Source: Octopus vulgaris (taxonomy: Eukaryota). From it: a DNA stretch of 64,000 nt. Position numbers and translations under genes: made by a program. Of this stretch, positions 50,125 to 64,000 are shown piece by piece. The first letter of the stretch is position 1, and each line of letters starts with the position of its first letter. The stretch lies in NCBI GenBank assembly GCA_951406725.2, contig OX597819.1, positions 89,714,001 to 89,778,000 on the forward strand, in the 5' to 3' direction. Under the pieces are notes generated by a model. It made no database searches and was not told the origin of the DNA. It was given only the letters and a program-made list of their open reading frames with translations.

Positions 50125-51529
50125 GGCTACTAAAAGAAATGCTGATTGCAACCTTCTTTAATGTCTTAATTATCAATACCATACGCTAATAGTATCTTTT
50201 TCAATTCACCTCAACTATTGAAAAAAAAAAAAAAAAAACTTCACCGATCACTCATTAATCAGTATCCCTGATCGGGTGAAAGACATTTTCAGAAATCAAT
50301 AACCGCTAAATTATTCTACCTTTCATGAAGTCTGTCTGGATATTTTCAGTAATACCGTTACAGGAATATTTTCAATAATGCATTATTGACGGACTATTTA
50401 TTAGAACGAGACACAAACTAAGATAAATGTGTGCCGAACTGGAAGTCTTTCTTTCTTTATTGCTCTTAATCTTAACCCTTTTATTTTTTTATATTCTGTG
50501 TCATTTTTATCGATAAAAACATGACATTTGCCTTATCGATATTTAACGGCAACAGCTATTTTAGACTCTCTCTCTCTCTCTCTCTCTTTCGCTTCCTTCT
50601 TCTCTTATATTTGCTGCCGTTGTCAATTGCTGCATGGAGTAAACAGTCGCCATTTGCATTTTTACAAATGGCAAATAGTCGTTAGGTTTTAAGCTTACGA
50701 AAATGGAATGTAAATGATCCTTAAGACACTTACATCGGTTTTGGAGAGGACGCCAGCTTATTTCAGGTAACATTCTTAACCTGGCATCTTGGTTGTCTTC
50801 AGTGGAATTTACTCTGCTACAAGGGATTTCGTGACAGATCTCTGATTTGAGAATAATTTCCTGCTTTGCTCCCCATCCGCCACTCTTGGGGTCCATGAAA
50901 AAAGTTATAATTACTGTTCTTCTTTCTGTAAGCCGTTAAGAAACAAAACAAGGTAAAACAATTTGATGAGTAGAGATGACGTTCAATTTACGAATCCTAC
51001 CTTGAAACAAAAAATTCCCACATGTAATATGAAATCACAAAATAGATTAGGTGGCTCTGTATGCGATTAGTTATGGTTTCATTGCGCTAAATGGATGGGA
51101 AGACATCCTTTTCTTCGATTTCTTATAGTAGGGATCTCCAACAACTGTACCTGGTCGTGCATCATTTGGTATCGGGCCGCACAGAAAAAATAAATTTTTT
51201 AATTTCATTTCTCTTTTATTGACTGTTGCAGTCTCCAGGGTGTTTTGGCATTATATGTATGTATTATATATGTAATATATATGCGTTATATATGCAATAA
51301 TTAAATGATACATTATGCACTTTATTGTTTTGCTAAACGCATGATAACCCCAGTCTGTGGAAAAAATGTCTTGTACGAAACCGGCATTTAGTACAAAAGA
51401 AAGTTTGGGGACTGCTGTTTTATACGATACCATTCTATCTCAGATAATATCCCCAGATTATAATCACCATTCCTGAAAGTGAAATAAATCTGAGGTGCAT
51501 AAACTTCAGTATACTTTCTGATATACAGC

Positions 51530-52042
51530 GAAAAGTTTGGAGGAACCAATTGAGAAGGTTCAGTAAATGGTCATGGAAAACCATCGTGTAACAATCCAGG
51601 AAATTGCTCACAAAGTGGGAATAAACACAGGATCAGTACATTCCATTTTAACGGAGAATTGTGCATGTCGAGAGTAAAATTCGTCTCTAGGATGCTGTCG
51701 AAGAAGCAGAAACAACTTCGCATGGAAATCGCTTAGAACATGTTGGAGTGTGCAAACCATGACCTAGACTTCATGAGGACCATCTTCACTGGTGTTGAGA
51801 CATGGGTTTATGGCCTCTGCTCGATGCATTCGGCCATCCGGTGTGAAAACGAAAATCTGACTTGCGTGCACTACACGTCTGTACTCCAGGCGTAACAGTC
51901 GGGAAGACGTGGCCAACTGGCGTGAAAATTTTCACACATGCGTAGGAAGGATGGCATCATCTCTCACTGAAAGGCTTTTGCACACGTGACATTAGCTTTG
52001 GCGGGAAAATAAAGTTGGATAGTTTTCGAACACACTCCTTAT
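51530..52042 (+). pseudogene. mariner transposase remnant
   Basis: 'MVMENHRVTIQEIAHKVGINTGSVHSILTE…KFVSRML…DFMRTIFTGVETWVYG' (HTH, WVP-like linker, TGDETW motif) with stops and deletions. Confidence 0.8.
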
Positions 52043-53390
52043 AACTTACGTTAATAAAACATGTCCAGAGTTGTCACCGTAGTTAACAAACTATCAGACA
52101 CATTCCCGATTGCATGTCTCCAATCAATTATTAATCAGTTTGGAATTCGGAGACATAGCTTTTACAATTCTTGGCAAGAATTATCAAAGCTAATTACTTT
52201 TCTTTTCGTTGCGGCTCTAATTATAATTGAATAGAACTTTGTTTTGATGCACAACATTAGGTATCTTATTCCCCACTTAACTGTATGTTCTTCATGTAGA
52301 AGGCGCCTCTAGAAAATATTCCCGTATGAAAGAGCCTCTTTATAAACAATATTTCTGGTATTTCCTTCAAATGCAAAGTAGTCTAAATATTTTTATTACC
52401 TAAATGTAAGCATCCCACACGATGTTTTCCATCAGAAAAGTAAGCTATAGTATCAAATTCAGTTTTCAATGCGTCATTCCATTTTACCATTTTACTTTAT
52501 GCGTGTGTATCTGAGAGATAAGTGGGGATGCTTTTCTGTTTAAGTTAGAAACCTGAAGACATAGCAGGTTTTTCTTTTCTTTTCTTTTTCTTTTACTTTT
52601 TCTTTGTAAATAGATATATTCGGTATAACTCCGAAAATGTCATAAGGGTTCTATTTTGAGGGGCGGAGGTTTCTTTTTTAGCATCTAGTTCTATTGACAT
52701 GGACGAGGAAGCGAAACATTCTAGAAAGTAATTTCAGTGCAACATATCCACTCAGAGTGTAAAAGCAAGCTTTTCTTCACCCTTACCTCTTTCAATTCTA
52801 TGTCAAAACTGCCAAGTCAGATAGTTTGTTGATATTCCAGATATATATTTGATAGCTTTCACAGAACCACAGCACTTAGTATTGAAGCGTTGGTCTTAAA
52901 CATTTTGCACTCGACGGAAAAAATTAATTCTAATTTCGAGCTTAATTTAGAATCTTGTTTTCAGATCCACTATCTTAAACGATGTTAATTTTAATTAAGA
53001 TGATGAGATCTAACGTCAACTTTATTAACATAAATCACTTTCCTAAACTTCTTTCTTCTGTAATGGAATAAATCTTTTATTTTATATCTTTTACTTGCAG
53101 GTTTTTAAGTCGAACAAATGAACTGACACTACCTAATATTCCAAAATATTATACAACAAATCAATCTTGACACTTTAAAAAAAAATTTAATGACAATGTG
53201 TCTAAATATATAATATACTAGAATTAACATAAGTACATTTTGTAAAACATGGTACTTATTCTATCGGTTTCCAACCGCTAGATAACGGGGACATAAACAA
53301 ACCAATATCGGTTATCAAGGTGTAGTGCGAGATAAACACCATACTAACACAAAGACACACTCACACACACAATATATATATATATATATG

Positions 53391-53437
<47 letters not shown>

Positions 53438-53531
53438 TGTATGTATGTATGTATGTATGTATGTATGTATGTATATATATATATATATGTATGTATATTT
53501 ATATATGTATATAGATATATATATATATATT

Positions 53532-53564
<33 letters not shown>

Positions 53565-53565
<1 letters not shown>

Positions 53566-54978
53566 ACGGGAAGCTTTATGAAAATAGACAAAAGACGAAG
53601 GCAGGTGGAAAACAAACGAACAATTGTATTAGTATGGCGCTCAGGAAATATAAATAAAACAAGTCTTTAACGTTTCGAGCCTACGCTCTTCAACAGAAAG
53701 ATACACAGAGAGAAAAAAACACAGAAAGAAGGAGAGAAAAAAATGCGTGCAGTAGCTAACGAATCAACATGGCGATCTGATTTCGGCCAGAGGTCAAAGA
53801 TCAAACATGAGACGCGAGAGCGAAATAAGGGGAGATAATAGGGTTGATAATATGGTTGAAGGACCAGCTAATAGTGCGTAGGAGGGGTCTGGACGTGTGT
53901 ATGTATAGGGTTGGTGTATGTATTAGTATGTATAAGGGTGTGTGTGTGTGTGTGTGTGTGTGTATGAGAGAGTATTAGTGCGTAGGATTGGTGTGGACGT
54001 GCGTATGTATGGGGTTGGTGTATGTATTAGTATGTATTAGTATGTATTAGTACGTATTAGTATGTATAGTGTGTGTGTGTGTGTGTGTGTATGAGAGAGT
54101 GTAAGTGCGTATGAGGGGTCTGGACGTGTGTATGTATAGGGTTGGTGTATGTATTAGTATGTATTAGTACGTATTAGTATGTATTAGTTGGTGTATGTAT
54201 TAGTATGGCACATCATATATGATGTGATGTGTGAAGTCGTGTGGTGTAGTGAGGAGAAGAGGGGGAGGGGGAGAAGGGGGAAGGGGAGGGGAGAGGGGAG
54301 AGGGGAGAGGGGAAGGAGAGGGGGAAGAGGAGAGGATGGGGGAGAGAGAGGAGGGGGAGAAGGAAGGGGATGAGGGGGAGGAAGGAGGAAAGAGGGAGAG
54401 GGGGAGAGAGGGAGTGAGGGAGCAGAGGGAAGGGGAAGAGGGAAGGAGGGAGGGAGAAAGAGGGAAGAAGGGAATGGGAGTAGGGGTGAAAGGATGAAGG
54501 ACTGAAGAAGTAGGGGTCGGGGGAAAGGATAGGTGAGGAGGGGGAGAGGGGGGGATGAGGAGGGGGAGGGTTAGATGAGGAGGGGGAGAGGGGGGTTAGA
54601 TGAGGAGGGGGAGAGTTGAGACCAAATGGCGTATAAGAGCGAAGAGAGAAGATTAATTCCTGTTCACGGCGCAAACGGGAATCCGGATGGCCTCTGTGTA
54701 AGGACAAACCGAACACAGATAGGTGTTGCAAGGAGTGACCGGAGGAGCGGAAATGGCGTGAGACCGGTGTGTCGTTCGCAAGGTGGATGTCACGAAGGTG
54801 TTCCGCGAACCGGTCAGCCAAGCGGCGTCCCGTTTGTCCGATGTACAAGGAATTGCAGAGAGAGCAAGAGATGCAATAGATAATATTGCTGGAGGTGCAG
54901 GTGAAGGAGTGGATGATGGGATAGGGTCGATGGTGGGTGCTAGTGAGGCGGGTGGTGTTGGAGAGGTAATGGCATCCA
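53565..54978 (-). mobile_element. 5'-truncated Penelope-like element: GIY-YIG endonuclease C-terminus, low-complexity and minisatellite spacer, pLTR
   Basis: 'FTCTSSNIIYCISCSLCNSLYIGQTGRRLADRFAEH…PVSRHF…REQELIFSLRSYTPFGLN' is an intact frame; three approx. 105-125-bp tandem units at 53872-54200; inserted between microsatellites. Confidence 0.92.
53665..53700 (-). ncRNA. Hammerhead-like motif with non-canonical core in the Penelope pLTR
   Basis: CUUU-CUGUUGA-A-GAGC-GUAG-GCUC-GAAA-CG-UU-AAAG, on the same strand as the GIY-YIG ORF. Confidence 0.55.
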
Positions 54979-55022
54979 TCTATACATACATACATACATA
55001 CATACATACATACATACATACA

Positions 55023-55053
<31 letters not shown>

Positions 55054-55396
55054 GCGACTGTGTGTGAGCAGTGATGGATTCGATGGTTTCATTTATTTAC
55101 GAGTTGATTCCTTAATTTTACCGGACTATAAATACCTATAATGGGTAAGCAACGAATTGTAAGCCATACTATAATTTGCGGAAAAAATTGCATCACCCTT
55201 CCGATGCCTTTTTTTCATTATTATTGTTGTTGTTGTTGCTGTTGTTGTTTTCATGACTAATATTGCACATTTATCTATGGCAAATTCCTATATCTCTGCT
55301 GAAGAGTTTTATAGTCTGTGTTAAGGAATCTCTTTTTTATTCTTACAAAAAAGTTTCAGATCATGCATGTAGAGCAAATGGTTATTATCATCATCA

Positions 55397-55469
<73 letters not shown>

Positions 55470-55486
55470 CATCATCATCATCATCA

Positions 55487-55574
<88 letters not shown>

Positions 55575-57314
55575 CTATGAGCTGGCAGAATCGTTAGCAT
55601 GCTGGACAAAATGCTTAATAGCATTTCATCTTTACGATCTGTGTTCAAATTCCGCAGAGGTTGACTTTACCTTCCATCATTTTCGAGGTCGATAAAATAA
55701 GTAGCAGTTTAGCATCGGGGTCAATGCAATCGACTTCTACCTCCTCTCGATATTGCTGGCCTTGTGCCAAAATTAGTAACCATGATTATTATTCTCGATT
55801 ATTGATTATTGTCTTCTACACGAATGTCACGTATCGCTTGTGCTTCTGAAGTTTCTTTCTGTTGAAAATCCATTGTCTATAACTGGCTGAAATATCTTAG
55901 TATCTTATTACTAGTTATTTTGTTAGTAAGATTGGCGAGGAGCGAGAAGAGCTGGTCAGTTCCCCCACCACCACTACTACCAACGCACACGCTGTAGGTA
56001 GATGAGATTGTAAAACTGTTTTGGCTTGAAATTGAATAAAAAGAACATAGTATCGATCGTGTTGCCACCAAACAAGCACTCATATTCGATGCTTTTCAAA
56101 AACCAGCCCCCAAAAACGAAGTAAAACACTAAACAAAATTTATACACTAGACAAACGGTTCTCAACCGGGGTCCACATGACCCTTGGGGCGGAGGAGCCA
56201 TATAAGATTTTGTTGTTAAAATTCATGTGCAATAATTTGGCTATATTTCTACAATACACAAAATACTAGCATCTTTTATAATTCCTACTAATATATAATT
56301 ATGAGAATATACTAAGATTATTTTATATACAGTGAATGGCTATGGATGTCCAGTCGAGTACTATAGGAATCAAAAGGGTCTCTAGGCAAAAAATGGCTGA
56401 GAACCATTGTCCTAAATTATGATTTCAATTCCCTTTTTTTGCGTCAGACATTTCAAAAGTAAAAGGGAAATTTTAAAATCTAAAATCTTTAGGGTCAGAA
56501 AAAAATCCAAATCATATACCTAAAACATCTGGGACTTGAAGGACTTACTATATTCACTAATATCTACAACTTCTTTTTACTTAAATTATCAAATTTACAG
56601 GTTCTGGAAACTGGACAAAATTGCAAAAACTAAGAGAAGTAACATCATACAGAGCCATCAGTTTCCGATGCTTCCTCAGAATTTCTGGAAAGGCTTATCG
56701 CCGACATCGCGAATCTACATTTTCCTTTTCTCAAATCACAGCGCATTCACATTTCTACTCTCAATTATCTCATTATTCATACATCTAACTGAAAATATAT
56801 GATCGTTTCAACGAAAATCTTGCAGACGTACGATTGCAATTAGTATAGACATCAGCAAAATGACCAAATCCATTTGTTACTTTCTAGTCATACGAAAGAT
56901 ATTCATCGCCACCTTCAGAAACAATACAAATAATTGACTAGTATACTACCTGTCAAGTAGCCAAGATTATTAGTTAGATGGTCTTGTGAAATTACCATTA
57001 TCGAGCAGATTAAAGCATTGCATTTGGCATGAAGTTCCCAAAGAGTTTGTTAGCAAATATCAGCCAAGGAACGTTTAGAAATTTTAAAAATTATCCATTT
57101 AAAAATTATTTCAAAGACTAGCATACCCGTGTCGTCAAAAATGCCGACTATTGTTAATGATAAAATATAGCACATCGAAACCATGGGAGAAACCATTTAT
57201 GAATGTCGGTAATTGAGTAAATGTATGCACATACACGGAATTGAGGCTTTTGAACAATCAGATACGGTTGTAACGTCTTGGTTGAAGATATTATCATCCA
57301 TGTAACACACACAC

Positions 57315-57347
<33 letters not shown>

Positions 57348-57785
57348 CATACATACATACATACATACATACATACATACGTACATACATACATACATGC
57401 ATACATACATACGTACATATATCTATACATACATACATACATACGTACATACATACATACATACATACATACATACATACATACATACATACATACATAC
57501 ATACGTACATACATACATACATACATACATACACACATACATACATACATATATACATATGTATATATATATATATATATATATACGATGGGGGTGCTGA
57601 AAAGCTCCTGGCTTTAAGGGTATCGTGAAAGGCCAGTTTGGAGGCCCAACTTTCCGGGTTCTTTTAAAGGGCTAAGAAAAACTAAAGGACCGCTGCAATA
57701 AGTGTGTGAATGAGTTGAATAAAATCGTAATTAACAAATCCTCCTGTATTTTCTTTTACCCAAAGCCAGGAACTTTTCAGCACCC

Positions 57786-57852
<67 letters not shown>

Positions 57853-58274
57853 TGTGTGTGTGTGTTTGTGTGAAACATTCACTTTTCCATGCTCGCATGG
57901 ATCAGATTTCCTTTTTTATAGCCGGATGCCATTTTCGTCGCCAACCCTCACCTGCTTCCAAGTAAGATAATATTTCACCATTCCCAGACACGATTAGCTT
58001 ATTTCAAACAAATAATCCCTATCCCAACAAATAATCCCTATCGTTTCTAAGTAAGTATTCTATATTGTTTTATGATATCTCTGTTACCAACACACAATTT
58101 GTTGTGTTCTACTAGAGTACATTTGTACTTACAAAGTAGTGAATTGTCCAGATTTGCTTTAATACACTTTCAGTCGGAACAGTCTCCTTTGAAGGAACAG
58201 CTGATCACCTTCCTGTGCGCTTTGAAAACCTACAGAATTGTTGCTCTGAATGGTTCCCGAGATTCTGGTATCTT

Positions 58275-58679
58275 AGTTCTTTATTGCCCACAAGGGGCAA
58301 AACATAGCGGGGACAAATAAGGACAGACAAAGTGATTAAGTCGATTACATCTACCCCAGTACGAAACTGGTACTTAATTTAACGACCCCGAAAGGATGAA
58401 AGGCAAAGTCGACCTCGGCGGAATTTGAACCCAGAACGTAACGGCAGACGAAATACCTATTTCTTTGCTACCCACAAGGGGCTAAACACAGAGAGGACAA
58501 ACAAGGATTAATTCGATTACATCGACCCCAGTGTTTCACTGGTACTTAATTTATCGACCCTGAAAGGATGAAAGGCAAAGTCGACCTCGGCGGAATTTGA
58601 ACTCAGAACGTAACGGCAGACGAAATACCGCTAAGCATTTCGCCCGGCGTGCTAACGTTTCTGCCAGCCCTCCGCCTTA
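58275..58679 (-). mobile_element. Head-to-tail dimer of SINE family B (one full, one 5'-truncated)
   Basis: Two near-identical units 'cccacaagggg…gtcgacctcggcggaatttgaac.cagaacgtaacggcagacgaaatac'. Confidence 0.85.
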
Positions 58680-61600
58680 GTCCATGGAAAATCATCTAGA
58701 GAAAGAACCAGCCACCAGTCATGTATGTGTGTTGGTTATTCACAACCTTCTCTGGTATACTATGCGCCGGACCAGCTGAACTAGCGCATTGCCGGTGGAT
58801 GACCGTCTGTCCATTTGCTCGATTTTTCTGGTTGAGCTTAACGGACAGTTTTTTTTTTATATATACAACATAGCAATCAGTCACTCAAACAACTTGAAAG
58901 GGTCATTATCAATAACACACAGCTAAACAAGATGACTGATCAGTACATAAATATCACTGTGATGTCTTCATAGACTTTCTCTGCCAACCAAAATAACTTC
59001 ATTGAAGGCAGGGGTAATATTGTGACTTGAAAATACTTGGACACAGTTAATTAGTTAATTCTCGTTTATGTTAGCTTTCTCAAGTTTGTACAAATGGCAG
59101 TGATTTTTTTTCTTTTTCGCAGCTTGTAATTCTTGTCCATTCCAAAGGTCTCTTAGCAGTCATCAACAAGTTGTGTTACGATCAAATCATAAACTGTGCC
59201 TCTGCCAGGATGACTACAACATGTGGTTTGTTGATATTTCAGACCAGTAGCGGAGCTGGAGGGGTGGGAGGGCGATGGGGGTGATGGGACGATGGGGGCG
59301 ACGGGAGTCGAGGAGGTGCGGGGTCAACGTGGGGGAGAAGGGCATTTCGCTCCGTACAACATTTTTATGGAGGCTGCAGTTTCGGGTTTGTTGTATATCG
59401 GCTGTATTGAAATAAAAGTGTTTTAAATCTCAGGGCATTTAGACTTTAAGAGAGAATCACTGAGCAAAATGTATTTTTTACAGGGGACCGGAGTCTGGGA
59501 ACTCAAGGGCAACCCTGGGGCAGTTACATACTCTAGCTACCCTTTCTGATTTCAGAGGTGCTTGATCATTATTTCTTGCAGGTTCGTGTTGATACGATTG
59601 TGTTGATATTCCTTCATTAACTCTCGAACGTTATATTATTAAGTGATGTTCTGTATTGTTAGTTCAACTAACAACTAGTTAAACTTTACCTTTGACCCAT
59701 CACCTTCTCTTTGGAATCGATTAAATACCTAACAGTAATTTCCTAGATCGATTCCACTAACTACAAAATTTGGCTTTGAGAGCTTAGCTGAGAAAAATTA
59801 ATTTATTTGCTTAAGATGAACGTTAATCTCTTAGCAATCACGTGATCATTGCAAATACCTCGATAGATCTAGACTAAATGTATACAGTTAAATCTCAGCC
59901 ATAAAAACAAGAGTGAACTTAATTCCCTGGTGTTTAACGTTTTCGATGAAATAATTTATGTCCTGTCCCAGTCAAAACCTTTCGTGCACAGGATCAATAA
60001 ATAGTAGATGTAATACTCTTGTCGTAAAATCCAGCAGATATTCAAGATATTGCTTTTACGTGTCCTCCTTTAGCTTAATACTTTTCTTTATCAGTTAAGT
60101 ATTATTTATGAAGTGCTGGCCATTTCTGAAAGCAGATGTTTGATCCAGCATTAGTGTTTGAGGAGCGGGAATAAACAGGGCTGACAACGGTCTTTGCTGA
60201 AATTTATGGTATATTAGGCACAATTACATTGGCCTATTTAGAATAACGCGCCGGGAATTTGTATATGTGTGTGTGTGTGTGTTAGTACACCCACTATCAC
60301 GCAGTAGTTAGGAAGTTCGTGCTTCGCAATCATGGAGTCTCGCGTTCGATCCCGCTGCGCAGCATTTTGGCCAAGTGTTATTTTCAATAGTCTTGAGTTG
60401 ACCCAAACTTAGTGAGCTAAAAATGAGTTGACAGAAACTGTGTAGAAGCCCATCTGATGTATTTTACTTAAAGTCAAAGATCCAGCCTTTATACAGTATG
60501 TCTTGTTGAGTCTGCCTGAGAATTACATTAAGAGAACCAAAGTCTGTGGAATACTCAGCCACTTGTACACGAATTCAATTAACTTCACAGTTCAGATAAT
60601 GGAATAACTGAAAACTCATAGTTGGAAATTTTAATCGCAAACAATTGCATACATATACATGTGTGTGTTTGTATGTGTGTATGTGCCTGTGTGTATGTGT
60701 GTATGTATCTATGTTTGTGTGTATGCGCATGTGTGTGTTTGTGTGTGTGTGTGTGTGGGGGGGGGTGCAATGGCCTAGTGGTCAGGGCAGCGGACTCGCA
60801 GTCGTAGGATCGCGGTTTCGATTCCCAGACCGGGCGTTGTGCATGTTTATTGAACGAAAGCAACTAAAGCTCCACGTGGTTTTGAACTCTGCTGTACTCT
60901 TTCACCACAACTTTCTGTCACTCTTTCTTCCTATTTCTGTTGTACCTGTATTTCAAAGGGCCAGCCTTGTTACACTCTGTGTCACGCTGAATCTCCCCGA
61001 GAACTACATTAACATTACACGTGTCTGTGGAGTGCTCAGCCACTTGCACATTAATTTCACGAGCAGGCTGTTCCGTTGATCGGATCAACTGGAACCCTCG
61101 TCGTCGTAACCGACGGAGTGCCACGAAATGTGTGTGCGTGTATGTATCTGTGTTTGTGTGTATGCATTTGTCTGTGAGTGTGTGAGTGTGTGTGTGTGCG
61201 AGCGCTATGAACTGGAAGTAATACACTAACCCACTGATTGGTGGGCATTCTCGAATTTACAGTATGTATAGATCATCCGAGAAATTTAACCTAAACGGAT
61301 TCCTATCTTTCTCACCTGACATTCTGTGAGCCAGGTTGTCTGTATGAAGTGCCGACCAAGGTATTCGCGTGGATTTCTTCAATTTCTACTTTCAATCCCT
61401 ACATAATATAACTGTGTGTTTATGCATGTCTGAAACATATAATACAATATAAAACAGGGTGGGCCAAAAGTCACGCACAAGATAATTTCAATACGCTCTG
61501 AAATTGTAAAAGACGTGCTTAAATTTTTTTTAAATTGAATAAAATAGATAAAATAATTATGAATACACACGTATTGTACATGAACAAAATGAGGAACATA

Positions 61601-64000
61601 GAGAGGAAGTCTGCTATAAAGGTATAATTACCCGCGAATCCTGATATCAACTGGAAACTTCATCGATTGGCTTTACCTAAGAAGAGCTGAAGGAGGCAAA
61701 GGCCTGAGATCAGTGCAGTCAGCCTTCGAATGTCATATAGTGTTTCTCACACAGCACCTTCTTAATTCGCCCATTACAAATACAATCTGTAAAGAGAACT
61801 GTAAAAATATGCAAGACTTTTCTTAAGTCTAAAGTCCGGGTGCCAGTCAGGCGGCACTGGCATTGGCCACGCTCGAATGGTGCTTTTTACATGCCACCGG
61901 CTACATACAAAACGGAGCGTTGTATCTTTGTTAGAAACCTGCTCCTTTCTCAGAGAATGGTTTCAAATAAAAAGAGAATATACATACATACATACATACA
62001 TACATACATACATACATACATACATACATACACGCATGCACGAATGCATACATACATACATACATACTCGCACGCGCGTATGCAGCACACACGCACACTC
62101 ACACCCATGCTCACACATACATAAACACATACATTCATACATTCATACATACATACATACAAAATACATACATACATTCACAAGAGAGAAGATGAGGCAG
62201 AAGCGAGTAGCATGCTAGATAGAGAAACTAGATAGAAATCTAAAGAACAAAATAAAGAGTAAAACAATTGTGTTATTTTATTGAGTGTAATGAAAACAAA
62301 ACGTATACACACACACACAAAACGAATAGACACACACACACACACAAAACGAATAGACACACACACACAAACACAAACACATGCACACACACACACACGC
62401 ATACACACACAGACTGACACACACACAGAAAATAACTTGTCAAAGTTAACGGACGACTTTGCGACTTTAAAAGTTTGAGGAGCAATAATTTGAAAAAACT
62501 TAAAAGGTCTGTAGTAAAAATCATATACATAACCTATAATCATGGTCGAAGAAAAACCGCATAAAAGTTATAAAAGACGTATAAAAATAGCATAAAAATC
62601 GAGCGCTATAGTCGGAATGAATCAATAGATTGAAGTTAGAACGAGGAGCTATCTATCCAACACGGCCAACATAGTAATGATAATAGCTGTAACAATGTAC
62701 AGTAGCAAGAAGAGACTTAGAAAAAAAAAAAAAGTTGAAAAATGTCTGCAGTAGTTCAATAATTCATACTTTCGGTTTAAAACTGAATTGCCTTGAAAAT
62801 GGGATAAAGTATTTCTCACTTAAACATAACGGAGAACTTATGGAATGACAGTTACCAATATTATAATTATTACCCTGTACCAATGCACAGAGATTCGTTT
62901 TATTCAACTTTATTTCACTCGTTATTAATGTTTATGCTGCTTTTCGTCAATGGTCAATCGTATTATCCAATAGATTCCATTTATTTTGAAATGTCATTAT
63001 GCCCACGGTCCAATCAGCTTTAAATTTGTGTTTGAATATTGTCAAGTAATACGCCTTGATACCATTTACAAAATTTACAAACCATTGTTCTCTCTGACGA
63101 TCGGTTACATGAAACTTGGAGTAAGTGCTCGTGAAGATATTCAACTTCAATAAAACACTATGACATTACACACACACACACGCACGCACGCACATTAATA
63201 TATTTATATATTCCACCCTTTAATATAAGAAGACGAAGATTAAACTTTAGCACAACTTTAATATTTTAATAATTGTTACAATTGTTTCTGTACCATTCCA
63301 TTTTTATTCACGCTGAATGTAAAAGATTCCGAGTGAAAAATTACGAGATATGTATGACTGAACATGTCAGAATGGCACTTTATCGTGCCTGCGTTAAATC
63401 GTGCATCTTTATGTATTTGGCGTTGCTTATATAGGACGGCTGAAAGTGCGTGCTTAGTGGTTTGGCTGTTGCATTCATGATCACTGGTTTCGATTCCTGG
63501 AGCGGGTGATGCGTTGTGTTCTTGTGCATAACACTTCGTTTCACGTTGGTTCAGTTCACTCAGCTGACAGAAATGAGTAATCATGCAACGGACGGACATA
63601 TATATATATGTCACAGAATCCAGAAAACCGACCTTATGAGCCTCTGACTCATGAAAGACTTTTGATCTTTTGGGTCCTAAATACGGGAAGAAACAGAGCA
63701 ATGAGCAGGAAAAAATGTAAAAGGATAAAAGTAACAATAACAACCACAATGATGATGATGATGATGACGACGAAGACGACGAGGACAACGACGACGATGA
63801 TGACGATGATGATGACAATGACGATGATGATGACAATGACGATGATGATGACAATGAAATGAGGGCAATGATGATGATGACGGCGACGATGATGATGATG
63901 TTAGCCACGGTAATAATTGGGATGAGAAAAGAATATCTAAATATATGCTAGGGTGAAACCACAGGAGTTTGGAGGACAGGGGTGTGACAGGTGAAGGGAG

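Noticed and set aside
54213-55043. 276-aa ORF as a host nuclease gene
   Set aside because: The start is in (TACA)n and the tail is a C/T low-complexity run. The middle is a Penelope GIY-YIG remnant followed by a pLTR.
148-63908. Dozens of ORFs with poly-(YI), (HTYI), poly-I/N/L/S/K/M tracts
   Set aside because: They are translations of (TA)n, (TACA)n, (TAA)n, (CTT)n and (GAT)n microsatellites, not genes.

Overview
This is AT-rich, microsatellite-saturated animal DNA. Its repeat families (tRNA-derived SINEs, RTE, R4/Dong, L1/Tx1 and Penelope retroelements, Tc1/mariner, hAT, pogo and Helitron derivatives) suggest an octopus or other cephalopod genome; this is an inference. Almost all ORF-track entries are microsatellite or transposon artefacts. 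Reading splice signals by hand recovered four phase-consistent minus-strand exons (33116-33164, 17955-18057, 12550-12680, 6305-6389). They encode the N-terminal 122 aa of a CSTPP1/C11orf49 (UPF0705) orthologue, and the gene continues beyond position 1. A near-perfect RFX X-box lies about 110 bp into intron 1. Four observations stand out. (1) Several minimal Penelope-type hammerhead ribozyme motifs have palindromic stem III and non-canonical cores (CCGAUGA, UUGAAGA, and a multi-copy CUGU(C)GA+A form), some within long inverted repeats. (2) Exon 3 uses a (TTA)n microsatellite, abutted by an R4/Dong LINE, in place of a polypyrimidine tract. (3) A CpG-decay boundary near 31-32 kb tracks the gene body. 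(4) Transposons are nested and microsatellite-targeted. No prokaryotic-type system (CRISPR, operon) is present. Repeat coordinates are approximate unless termini are quoted.
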